A stretch of 64,000 nt of DNA, taken from Candidatus Omnitrophica bacterium UBA6253 (GTDB taxonomy: Bacteria > Omnitrophota > Gorgyraeia > Gygaellales > Profunditerraquicolaceae). This document shows, piece after piece, positions 48,733-57,412 of this stretch (within the stretch, counting starts at the first letter, position 1; every line of letters starts with the position of its first letter). Under the pieces are notes generated by a model. The model made no database searches. It was given only the letters and a program-made list of their open reading frames with translations, and was not told the origin of the DNA. Made by a program: the position numbers and the translations under genes. Location: the NCBI GenBank assembly GCA_002441245.1, contig DJVP01000012.1:192719-256718 (forward strand). The letters run 5' to 3'.

Positions 48733-48760
48733 ATTATATCAAATTTTTTCTTATTTGCAA
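48733..48760 (-). promoter_or_regulatory. Putative sigma-70 promoter of the rpsB-tsf-pyrH-frr operon
   Basis: Minus strand reads TTGCAA, a 16-nt spacer, then TATAAT, with a leader of roughly 90 nt. Confidence 0.5.
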
Positions 48761-48763
48761 CTA

Positions 48764-50557
48764 TTATTGTATCTCTTGAGCGTCATAAAGCCGCTTGTAC
48801 AAACCATTGTTTTCCAGCAGCTGGCTATGCGTCCCCTGTTCAACGATTACCCCCTTATCCAAAACTACAATCCTGTTGGCATTTCTTACCGTAGAAAGCC
48901 GGTGAGCGATCATAAAAACCGTCCTGCCGGTAACAAGGCTATCGAGGGCCTCCTGGACAATACGTTCAGACGTAGAATCCAACTGCGAGGTGGCTTCGTC
49001 TAAAATTAATATCGGGGCATTCTTTAAAAGGGCGCGGGCAATGGCAATCCGTTGCCGCTCCCCTCCTGAAATCTTTACCCCCCTGTCGCCAATTATTGTA
49101 TTATACCCTTGCGGGCATTTTGATATAAAATCATGTGCATGCGCCTTCCTGGCCGCATCCTCTATTTCTCTATCGGAAGCATCCAATTTGCCATAAGCAA
49201 TATTAGCCCGGATCGTATCATTAAAAAGTATAGTCTCCTGATTAACTATGCCCACCTGGTTACGTAATGATTTCAAATTAAACTCCCGTATATCCACACC
49301 ATCAATGAAAACACTTCCATTTTGAGGGTCATAAAAACGCGGGATTAAATCTACTAGTGTGCTTTTGCCGGTGCCGCTGGGCCCGACAATTGCCAGCATC
49401 TGGCCATAGCTTACATCTAAATTAATCCCCTTTAAAACCTGCGTACCGGCATAACTAAACCAGATATCGCTGAATCTGATATTTTGTTTAAAACCGGATA
49501 AATTCTTAGGGGCGAGGGGCTCTTTTACGCTTGGCTCTGTCTCCAATACCTCGTGTATGCGCTCGCTAGCTGCCATAGCCTGCTGGTTCAAGGCATTTAC
49601 CTGGCTTAATTTCTTAAATGGCCTGATCAAGGATAAAAGTGAGCCCAGGAATAATCCGAAGACGCCAAAAGATAATTTGCCAGCAATAACCTCACGGCCG
49701 CCCCAGAAAAACACCAACACACCGGCGATACATCCTAAGAATTCCGTAGAAGGATTAAGCAGCAGCGTACGCTTAATTGACTTCATAGAAAGCTTATAAT
49801 AATCCATATTTACCTTGTTAAACTTTTTGATTTCATGCTCTTCCATATTAAAAGCCTTAACTACACGCGCGCCCATAATCGTCTCATAAAGCAGGGAATT
49901 AGTATCGGCAGTATTTTCCTGAGAGCGCTTGGAAAGCTTCCTTAAGACTTTACCAACCTTTATAATCGGTAAACTGATTAAAGGCACAAATATAATTGAA
50001 ACCAGGGCCATCTTAAAATAAATAAAGAAAATAACTGTAGAAAAGATAACCACCTGCAAGCTCTGATAAATCAGGTCAGTTGAACCATAGGAAACGGCAT
50101 TCTCCACAAGCCTGACGTCATTATTAATACGCGACATGAGCTCTCCGCCGCGCTTATGAGTAAAATAGTTAAGCGATAAAGACTGTATCTTGGTATATAA
50201 CTTAGACTTAATATCTCTGACCACGCGTTGGCCGATATCCGACATAAAATAACTTTGAAAGAATCCAAAAACCCCCTTTAAGAAAAAAAGCACTAAAACA
50301 CTTACAACCATATAGCTTAACAGCACTTCCGGAGAGGTATTATTTATTTTATCCACAAGATTAGCCAGAAAATCCGGTAATTTAGCGGGAACAATGATCT
50401 TTTTATTGGTCAAAACCTTATCCGCTAAGGGCACCATCATCGCCAGCGACACGCCGTCAAATATAGCAGAAAACCCCATGCAGACTATGGCTATAGCAAA
50501 TAAACCATAATAAGACCGCACGAATTTCAATAACTTAAGATAGTCCCTCATTTTCAC
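48764..50557 (-). CDS. ABC transporter permease/ATP-binding protein, MsbA-like lipid exporter
   Basis: 6-TM domain plus NBD with GPSGTGKST Walker A, LSGGERQR signature and ILILDEATS. Confidence 0.85.
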   Translation of the reverse strand: MKMRDYLKLLKFVRSYYGLFAIAIVCMGFSAIFDGVSLAMMVPLADKVLTNKKIIVPAKLPDFLANLVDKINNTSPEVLLSYMVVSVLVLFFLKGVFGFFQSYFMSDIGQRVVRDIKSKLYTKIQSLSLNYFTHKRGGELMSRINNDVRLVENAVSYGSTDLIYQSLQVVIFSTVIFFIYFKMALVSIIFVPLISLPIIKVGKVLRKLSKRSQENTADTNSLLYETIMGARVVKAFNMEEHEIKKFNKVNMDYYKLSMKSIKRTLLLNPSTEFLGCIAGVLVFFWGGREVIAGKLSFGVFGLFLGSLLSLIRPFKKLSQVNALNQQAMAASERIHEVLETEPSVKEPLAPKNLSGFKQNIRFSDIWFSYAGTQVLKGINLDVSYGQMLAIVGPSGTGKSTLVDLIPRFYDPQNGSVFIDGVDIREFNLKSLRNQVGIVNQETILFNDTIRANIAYGKLDASDREIEDAARKAHAHDFISKCPQGYNTIIGDRGVKISGGERQRIAIARALLKNAPILILDEATSQLDSTSERIVQEALDSLVTGRTVFMIAHRLSTVRNANRIVVLDKGVIVEQGTHSQLLENNGLYKRLYDAQEIQ

Positions 50558-50687
50558 CTTTCCTAAAGAAGGTTTATTTTAACACATCCGACTGGGCATG
50601 GCAAACCTTTTTATTCATATATACAGCAATGCCAAATATTCAATTGCGCCTTAAACAAAAGCCGCAAATCTTTATATTAGTAATATC

Positions 50688-50779
50688 TTTAGCAGGGGCC
50701 AAGACTTGATTTGAGCCGCGGTGTGCGGCGAAAACAAGGCTCGGCAGGACCAGCTAAAGATTTCAATTGCAACAAACTA
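50688..50779. repeat. Conserved intergenic element of about 90 nt, copy B (divergent region upstream of oxidoreductase-lpxB and of msbA-like)
   Basis: About 80% identical over the core to 31013-31113, in the same orientation. Confidence 0.5.
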
Positions 50780-50801
50780 CACACTTTGCTATTATTATGT
50801 A

Positions 50802-51719
50802 ATGAATAAGCTGAAGGTAGCGGTAATCGGCGCTGGACATTTGGGCAGCATTCACGCCAAAATTTATAAACAAATCCCCGCTTGTACCCTGGTAGGAGTA
50901 TGCGATACTAATCCGGCAAGCCTAAAAGCCGTTTGCGGATCGTTGCGCGTTCCCGGATACAGCGATTATCATGAACTCTTTGGCAAAATTGACGCTGCTA
51001 GTATTGCCGTGCCTACGCTGCTGCATCATCAGGTAGCGCGTGATTTTCTTGAAAAGGACATGCATCTTTTGGTAGAAAAACCTTTTACCGTGGACCTCAA
51101 GCAAGCAGACGACCTGATTGAAATAGCTAAAGAAAAAAACCTTATCCTGCAGGTAGGCCACATTGAAAGATTCAACTCCGCTTTTTGCGCCACACAAAAA
51201 ATAATCCAAAACCCGAAGTTTATTGAATGCCATCGCCTTTCCGTATTTCCCAACCGTTCATTAGACGTCGGCGCAGTGCTAGACATCATGATACATGACA
51301 TTGATATTGTTTTAGGGCTGGTGAATTCACCGCTAGAACGGGTAGAATCCGTAGGCGTAAATGTACTTACGCCTTTCGAAGATATCGCTAACGCCCGCCT
51401 GACTTTTAAGAATGGATGTATCGCCAATCTTACCGCCAGCCGGGTCTCCGACGAAGTAATGCGTAAGATCCGCATATTTCAGAAAGATACTTATATCTCC
51501 CTGGACTATAAAAATGCCGAGGCCTCGGTGTACCGCAGGATCCAGGGTAAAATTAGCAAAGAACGCCTGCCCATTGAAAAGGAGCAGCCTCTACAGAAAG
51601 AACTGGCTTCGTTTGTTGATTGCGTAATCAACAAAAAGCCCCCCTTGGTTTCCGGGCCTGTCGCCAGAGAAGCCTTGGCCGTAGCTTTAGAAATCCAAAA
51701 TCAAATATGGCACAAATAA
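50802..51719 (+). CDS. Gfo/Idh/MocA family NAD-dependent oxidoreductase (GnnA-like candidate)
   Basis: MNKLKVAVIGAGHLGSIHA Rossmann N-terminus and EKP motif. The track ORF at 50721 uses a GTG extension that runs into the repeat. Confidence 0.8.
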   Translation: MNKLKVAVIGAGHLGSIHAKIYKQIPACTLVGVCDTNPASLKAVCGSLRVPGYSDYHELFGKIDAASIAVPTLLHHQVARDFLEKDMHLLVEKPFTVDLKQADDLIEIAKEKNLILQVGHIERFNSAFCATQKIIQNPKFIECHRLSVFPNRSLDVGAVLDIMIHDIDIVLGLVNSPLERVESVGVNVLTPFEDIANARLTFKNGCIANLTASRVSDEVMRKIRIFQKDTYISLDYKNAEASVYRRIQGKISKERLPIEKEQPLQKELASFVDCVINKKPPLVSGPVAREALAVALEIQNQIWHK

Positions 51720-52849
51720 AAAAAATATTTATTGTTTGCGGCGAACCTTCCGGGGACCTATTGTCCGGAGACCTTATCCAAGAGATAAGAAAGCTTAACC
51801 CGGAAATTCAAGTCTCGGGGGTCGGCGGTTCATACCTAAGAAAATCCGGCGCAGAGATTTTTTACGATATTAAAGACCTGTCCGTAATGGGTTTTTTTGA
51901 TGTCTTAAAGAAACTACCCAAGTTCTTTAAATTAAAACGGGCAATTCTTGAGAAAATAAATACTGACGCAATCGATGCTATAATCTTCGTTGATTTCTCC
52001 GGTTTCAACCTCCGCCTGGCCAAGGCGATCAACAAACGCATACCGACTATTTACTACGTAAGCCCGCAAGTTTGGGCCTCAAGAGAAAATAGGGTAGGCT
52101 ACATAAGAGATTTCATCTCCAGGATTATTGTGCTCTTTAAGTTCGAGGAAGAATTTTATAAACAACGTAAGATAAAGGCGCACTGCGTGGGACATCCTTT
52201 AATCAACCTGGTTCACCCAAGCTTAGGAAAACAAGAGCTGCTTAAGAATCTTCAGATTAACCCATCCCAAAAGGTTATTGCTCTGCTTCCCGGGTCCCGT
52301 AAACAGGAAATCAAGATGATTCTGCCATTAATGCTTAAAGCTGCACAGCTTATCAACAAGGAAATTCCCAATACGCAATTTGTTATCGCTAAATCCCCTA
52401 ATTTAAATACGCTGATATATCAAAAAGAATGCAAGAAATATACTCTGAATTTAAAGATTATCGACGGTAAAACATATGATTGCCTGAATATCGCCGATTT
52501 CTGCCTCGTATGCTCAGGTACGGCAACGCTTGAAACAGCAATTATGCAAAGACCTTTTGTAATTGTCTATAAAATGGATCTCTTAAATTACCTGCTTTAC
52601 CGTCCACAGATAAAAATTCCTTACGTAGGCATGGTCAATATTGTAGCAGGCAAAGAAGTTGTCCCGGAGTTTATCCAGTTTAACGCCAGGCCTGAAATGA
52701 TTGCCCGGGCAGTTTTAGAATTCCTGCGAAAACCCGGACAAATCAAGCAAATGCTCGAAGATTTAGATTACGTAAAAACCAATCTCGGTTCGCCTGGCGC
52801 AGCCGAACGTGCAGCTAAGCTCATTTTAGACTTCCTTCAAAATAAATAA
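51707..52849 (+). CDS. lpxB: Lipid-A-disaccharide synthase
   Basis: IFIVCGEPSGDLLSGDLI...LSVMGFFDVLKKLPKF. Start at internal Met MAQIKK, 13-nt overlap with the oxidoreductase. Confidence 0.85.
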   Translation: MAQIKKIFIVCGEPSGDLLSGDLIQEIRKLNPEIQVSGVGGSYLRKSGAEIFYDIKDLSVMGFFDVLKKLPKFFKLKRAILEKINTDAIDAIIFVDFSGFNLRLAKAINKRIPTIYYVSPQVWASRENRVGYIRDFISRIIVLFKFEEEFYKQRKIKAHCVGHPLINLVHPSLGKQELLKNLQINPSQKVIALLPGSRKQEIKMILPLMLKAAQLINKEIPNTQFVIAKSPNLNTLIYQKECKKYTLNLKIIDGKTYDCLNIADFCLVCSGTATLETAIMQRPFVIVYKMDLLNYLLYRPQIKIPYVGMVNIVAGKEVVPEFIQFNARPEMIARAVLEFLRKPGQIKQMLEDLDYVKTNLGSPGAAERAAKLILDFLQNK

Positions 52850-52872
52850 AACAGCATAAATTTACAGGTCTA

Positions 52873-53973
52873 TTAAATAGAGTGGGAATTTGCCGACTTT
52901 ATTCGTTCATCTATCGGAGGGTGGTCGAAAAAAAAGAATTTAATCAGCGGATTAGGATTTCTATCGGCGAGATTTTGTGCTGCGAGTTTATCCATTAAAG
53001 AAATAAACGATTCTTTGTTCTGGGTTGTTTTAAGCGCAAGAGCGTCTGCCTGCCTTTCAAACCTTCGGCTCACATATGCCTCTATAGGCTGCATAATAAT
53101 GCCAAAAATGAGAAAATAAAGAAAAACCATCGGTAGGCTGGCTAACTGTGTAAGAGAACTTAATCTAAACACCCCTAAAAGATAAGGGCTGGTTATAAAA
53201 ATAAGATAAAACAACCCTAGGGTTAACAGGGAGTTTAAGGCAATTAGCTTTAAAATATGTTTGAGCTGAAAGTGCGCAAACTCATGTGCCAGTATTGCCT
53301 CAACTTCATCATGATTATATCTGTCTTTTAAAGTATCGGCTAAAATAACGCGTTTGGTCTTTCCCATCCCGGTAAAAGCCGCATTAGCCTTAAGCGTCTT
53401 CTTACTGAAGTCTATCTCAAAGACATCCAGTAGTTTAATCTGCATTTTCTGGGCCAGGCTAAATATCCTCTGGCGTAAAGCTTCATCTTCCAGTTTTTTA
53501 TATTTGAAAAACAACGGAATAATCAGAACCGGGGTTAATTTGGCCAGGATTACGCTAAACAGAATCCAGAAAATTGAAATAGCCAACCACCACTGTTCAA
53601 TTTTGATCAAAATCCAGTAGAAGCCCGAGATCAAAATTAAGGAAATTACATACCCCAGTATGCCTGATTTTAGCTGATCCTGCCACCAGGAGCCTATCTT
53701 CTGATTAGACAGATTAAACTTGTGCTCCAGGGTGTAACCGGCGTAGAAATTAAGCGGCAGGCTCAATAAATAATAAAAAAACAAAATAATTAAAAGGAAG
53801 AGGGCGATCGATAAATATCCAGGCAGGTTAAAAACCTTGATAAAATTCTCCAAGGAAATACATAGCCCTGACCCTAAAACAATTAAGATCAGGGCTATGC
53901 TATAAAACGTATCAATAATATTTAATAAATACTTTTGGCTGGAATATCTTTTGGCCAAATCAGCCATCTTCAC
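52873..53973 (-). CDS. M48 family zinc metalloprotease (Ste24/HtpX-like)
   Basis: HEFAHF HExxH motif and multiple TM segments. Confidence 0.8.
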   Translation of the reverse strand: MKMADLAKRYSSQKYLLNIIDTFYSIALILIVLGSGLCISLENFIKVFNLPGYLSIALFLLIILFFYYLLSLPLNFYAGYTLEHKFNLSNQKIGSWWQDQLKSGILGYVISLILISGFYWILIKIEQWWLAISIFWILFSVILAKLTPVLIIPLFFKYKKLEDEALRQRIFSLAQKMQIKLLDVFEIDFSKKTLKANAAFTGMGKTKRVILADTLKDRYNHDEVEAILAHEFAHFQLKHILKLIALNSLLTLGLFYLIFITSPYLLGVFRLSSLTQLASLPMVFLYFLIFGIIMQPIEAYVSRRFERQADALALKTTQNKESFISLMDKLAAQNLADRNPNPLIKFFFFDHPPIDERIKSANSHSI

Positions 53974-54221
53974 TTTTTAACTTCTTTTTTCGCTAAAGGT
54001 GCAACATTAACGAATGTGCGTAAGCTGCCATGGCTGGTCTTTTTACGGGTAAAATAAACTTTTCCCGGATAAGCTGCAAATAAAGTACCTAATCCCCGGA
54101 CACCTATGCCTGCTTTATAGGTATCGATACCACGCACCAGTATCTCTCCGGTCTTAACCAGCTTCCCGCCGCTTGATTTAACTGCCTTATCTTTTTTGGG
54201 AGTCGAAAAACCACCGATCAT
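53970..54221 (-). CDS. rpmA: 50S ribosomal protein L27
   Basis: GEILVRGIDTYKAGIGVRGLGTLFAAYPGKVYF matches the L27 core. N-terminus is atypical. Confidence 0.7.
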   Translation of the reverse strand: MIGGFSTPKKDKAVKSSGGKLVKTGEILVRGIDTYKAGIGVRGLGTLFAAYPGKVYFTRKKTSHGSLRTFVNVAPLAKKEVKK

Positions 54222-54320
54222 TTTAATTTTCCTCCTATATTTTTTATCCAGTAAACCCCCTGTGAGCGCTTACAAACAGGAGCCTCCTTGCAAACAAGAA
54301 GTAATCCTACCACAAATCAA

Positions 54321-55715
54321 TTAATTAAGCAACACCTCTTCGTCTTTGTCAGGGATACGCACATCTAACCCTTTTTGGGTTAATATATCAGAAAGAATTA
54401 ATGATTGTTCGAGTTCTCCGTGCACCAGGAAAATACGTTTAAGCGGCAGGCAACCGGAAACAAAATCCAATAGTTCGGTCTGGTCCGCATGCCCGGAAAA
54501 GGAATTAATCACTACCACCTCGGCATTAAGTTCATATTCTACACCGAATATTTTTACAAAAGGGGTTTTCTCCACTATCCTTCTACCCAGGGTATCTTGA
54601 GCCATATATCCAACGACCAGGATCATATTACGTGAATCTTCAATATTATTCTGCAAATGATGCAGCACCCTTCCGGATTCACACATGCCGCTTCCAGCAA
54701 TAATAATCATAGGGCGTTTATCAGTATTTAAAGCCTTGGACTCTTTTTGTTCGCGGATAAAACGCAGGTTTAATAACTCAAAGGGGTTATCTCCTTTATT
54801 AAAAGCCTGGCGGGTTTTCTCGTTTAAAAAATCCAGGTGGTAATTAAAAAGGTCTGTAATATTCGTGGCTAACGGGCTATCCACATAAATAGGAACCAGG
54901 GGGATGAGTTTTTCTTTAAGCAGTTCATTCAGAAAATAAATTACCTCCTGCGTACGCTCCAAGGTAAAAGAAGGAATAATAACCTTACCCCCCCTTTTGA
55001 CCGCGCGGGAAACCGCCTCCCTTAATTTTGACTGCGCTTCATCGATCGGCCGATGCAGTCTTCCGCCATAAGTAGATTCCATAATCAAATAATCCAAACC
55101 TTTAGGGATCACCGGATCATTTAATAAAGGCAGGTTCTTTCTTCCCAAATCCACAGCATAACCTAAACGCAAAATTTTCTGGTCGTCTTTAATATCTAGA
55201 ACAATGATTCCCGAACCCAGGATATGCCCTGCATCAAGAATAGTGGCAGAAACATCTTTGGCAATACAAAACTTTTGGTTATAAGAAATGGAACGGAAAA
55301 TCTTGGTGGCCCTGGATGCTTCCTTGGCCGTATACAAGGCCTTACGCAAGGGCAAATTCATGCGCCTGTTGATTTTATTTACATAACGCACATCTTCTTC
55401 CTGGATCTTCCCTGAATCTACCAACATGAGATCTGCCAAGTCTTTAGTCGCCGAGGTAGTATAGATCTTGCAACGCAAACCCTGTTTAATCAGGTTAGGA
55501 ATGTTTCCGCAATGGTCGATGTGCGCATGCGATAATACCATTGCCTTAATCGTACGCGGGTTATAATGGAAAGTGGTGTTGATTGCATAAAAGGCGTCGC
55601 GGTGCCCCTGAAATAAACCCCCATCAAGAAGTATCTCCGTGTTACCTGCCGTAATCAAATGGCTTGAGCCGGTAACAGTCTTTGTGCCCCCAAGGAATTT
55701 TATTTTTACTGACAT
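54321..55715 (-). CDS. MBL-fold metallo-hydrolase with beta-CASP/RNA-metabolising domain
   Basis: HAHIDHCG metallo-beta-lactamase motif. 464 aa. Confidence 0.75.
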   Translation of the reverse strand: MSVKIKFLGGTKTVTGSSHLITAGNTEILLDGGLFQGHRDAFYAINTTFHYNPRTIKAMVLSHAHIDHCGNIPNLIKQGLRCKIYTTSATKDLADLMLVDSGKIQEEDVRYVNKINRRMNLPLRKALYTAKEASRATKIFRSISYNQKFCIAKDVSATILDAGHILGSGIIVLDIKDDQKILRLGYAVDLGRKNLPLLNDPVIPKGLDYLIMESTYGGRLHRPIDEAQSKLREAVSRAVKRGGKVIIPSFTLERTQEVIYFLNELLKEKLIPLVPIYVDSPLATNITDLFNYHLDFLNEKTRQAFNKGDNPFELLNLRFIREQKESKALNTDKRPMIIIAGSGMCESGRVLHHLQNNIEDSRNMILVVGYMAQDTLGRRIVEKTPFVKIFGVEYELNAEVVVINSFSGHADQTELLDFVSGCLPLKRIFLVHGELEQSLILSDILTQKGLDVRIPDKDEEVLLN

Positions 55716-55813
55716 AATTAAAAATAGATCTTAAGCATATTAAACAATGTAAACTACAATTAATATAATATAGATAGGGTTAAATAGCAATAGAGTTTTA
55801 AGGAAGAATACTT

Positions 55814-57340
55814 TCAGGTTACAAAAAGATTCCGGGAAGAGAACTTCCCGTCAGTGGTAAGATTTACCCCCAGGCGCTTTAGCCCAACCTCATCCCCGGG
55901 AGTAGGAATATGCGTCATATGCACCTCACACCCCTTAAGCTCGCCTAACTTATTCATTGCCAGTTCCGCGGTATGATTTGTGGTGGCGCTTATAGCCAGG
56001 GCAATTAAACACTCCTCCAAATCCAGGCTTTCTGAATCCTGCCCCAAAATCCCCTCTTTGAGCTTGGCTATCTGACTTATAATATGCGGGCTTAAAAGCA
56101 GGATTTCATCCGGGATATGCGCTAATATTTTTACCGCGTTCAAAATTAAACTCGAGGCGGCATGCATAAGCTTGGAATTCTTGCCTGTAACAATCTGACC
56201 ATCGCTTAGCTCAATCGAAGCTCCGCAACATATACCCTCATTACCCTGACCTTTTTTCTCCGCCTCTTCCGCGGTTCTTCTGGCAAGTTCAACCACCAGA
56301 CGGTCGGTAACTTTTACCCCCAATTCCTCCATAAGCAAGGTTACCCTGTCTACGGTTTCCTTTTTTTCAATACCCAGGGCATATTCACTATTATACCTGA
56401 AATACCTGCGGATCAGTTCCTGTTTTGCCGCATCCTGGACCGCCTTGTCATCAACAATCCCGAAACCCGCGCGGTTAACCCCCATGTCTGTAGGAGAATT
56501 ATATGTGGGAAGGTTATAATCCTTAGCGTATATCCTGTTCAAAATAAGTTTAAGTATCGGGAAACTCTCTACATCGCGGTTATAGTTAATAGAGGTCTTG
56601 TTGTATTTATTTAGATGAAAAGGATCAACCAGGTTAAAATCCTGGATATCGGCCGTAGCTGCTTCATAAGCGACATTCACCGGATGTTTAAGCGGCAGGT
56701 TCCATATAGGAAAAGTTTCAAATTTTGCGTAGCCGGCGTTAATGCCGCGTTTATGTTCCTGGAATAACTGGGAAAGGCAGGTAGCCAGTTTTCCGCTATT
56801 CGGCCCCGGGGCAGTAACCACAACAATAGGATTTTTGGTTTCAATATAATCATTTTTACCAAAACCCCTATCGCTGACAATCGCGTCAATATCCGCAGGG
56901 TATCCATCAATAGGATAATGCAGATAAACCTTTACTCCGCGGTGCTCCAGTTTATTCTTGAAAATAACTGCCGAAGATTGATTGGCAAAACGCGTAATTA
57001 CAACCGCTAAAATATCCAATCCCCATTTTCTCAAATCGTCGATTAGCTTTAAAGTAGCTGCGTCATAAGTAATCCCAAAATCTCCACGCACCCTCCCCTT
57101 TTCTATATCGCCGGCGTATATTGAAAGCACTATATCTATTTTGTCTTTTAGGCATTGCAGAAGCCTTATCTTAACATTAGAGTCATAACCCGGCAGTACG
57201 CGCGCGGCATGATAATCATAACAAAGCTTACCTCCAAACTCCAGATAAAGCTTATTATCAAATTTCTTTACCCTGTCAAGGATAGAAGCGGTTTGGTCTT
57301 TAAGATATTTTTCGTTATCAAAACCTGTCTTTTTAATCAT
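55814..57340 (-). CDS. DUF1846 (UPF0371) family protein
   Basis: 508 aa, N-terminus GFDNEKYLKDQ. Family membership recalled from memory; no enzymatic motif recognised. Confidence 0.55.
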   Translation of the reverse strand: MIKKTGFDNEKYLKDQTASILDRVKKFDNKLYLEFGGKLCYDYHAARVLPGYDSNVKIRLLQCLKDKIDIVLSIYAGDIEKGRVRGDFGITYDAATLKLIDDLRKWGLDILAVVITRFANQSSAVIFKNKLEHRGVKVYLHYPIDGYPADIDAIVSDRGFGKNDYIETKNPIVVVTAPGPNSGKLATCLSQLFQEHKRGINAGYAKFETFPIWNLPLKHPVNVAYEAATADIQDFNLVDPFHLNKYNKTSINYNRDVESFPILKLILNRIYAKDYNLPTYNSPTDMGVNRAGFGIVDDKAVQDAAKQELIRRYFRYNSEYALGIEKKETVDRVTLLMEELGVKVTDRLVVELARRTAEEAEKKGQGNEGICCGASIELSDGQIVTGKNSKLMHAASSLILNAVKILAHIPDEILLLSPHIISQIAKLKEGILGQDSESLDLEECLIALAISATTNHTAELAMNKLGELKGCEVHMTHIPTPGDEVGLKRLGVNLTTDGKFSSRNLFVT

Positions 57341-57345
57341 CTTCT

Positions 57346-57391
57346 GCCTAATAATTAGGCATATTATAATACAAACTTTGCCTTTTGTAAA
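57346..57391 (-). promoter_or_regulatory. Sigma-70 promoter plus 15-bp palindrome upstream of the DUF1846 gene
   Basis: Minus strand reads TTTACA, a 17-nt spacer, TATAAT, then GCCTAATTATTAGGC (a perfect palindrome), then the start codon. Confidence 0.5.
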
Positions 57392-57412
57392 GAAAATCGG
57401 GGATAGACTTAC

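Noticed and set aside
50721-50801. 5' extension of the oxidoreductase ORF (MCGENKARQDQ...) from a GTG start
   Set aside because: It runs through the conserved intergenic element. A canonical ATG with Rossmann N-terminus MNKLKVAVIGAGHLG lies at 50802.
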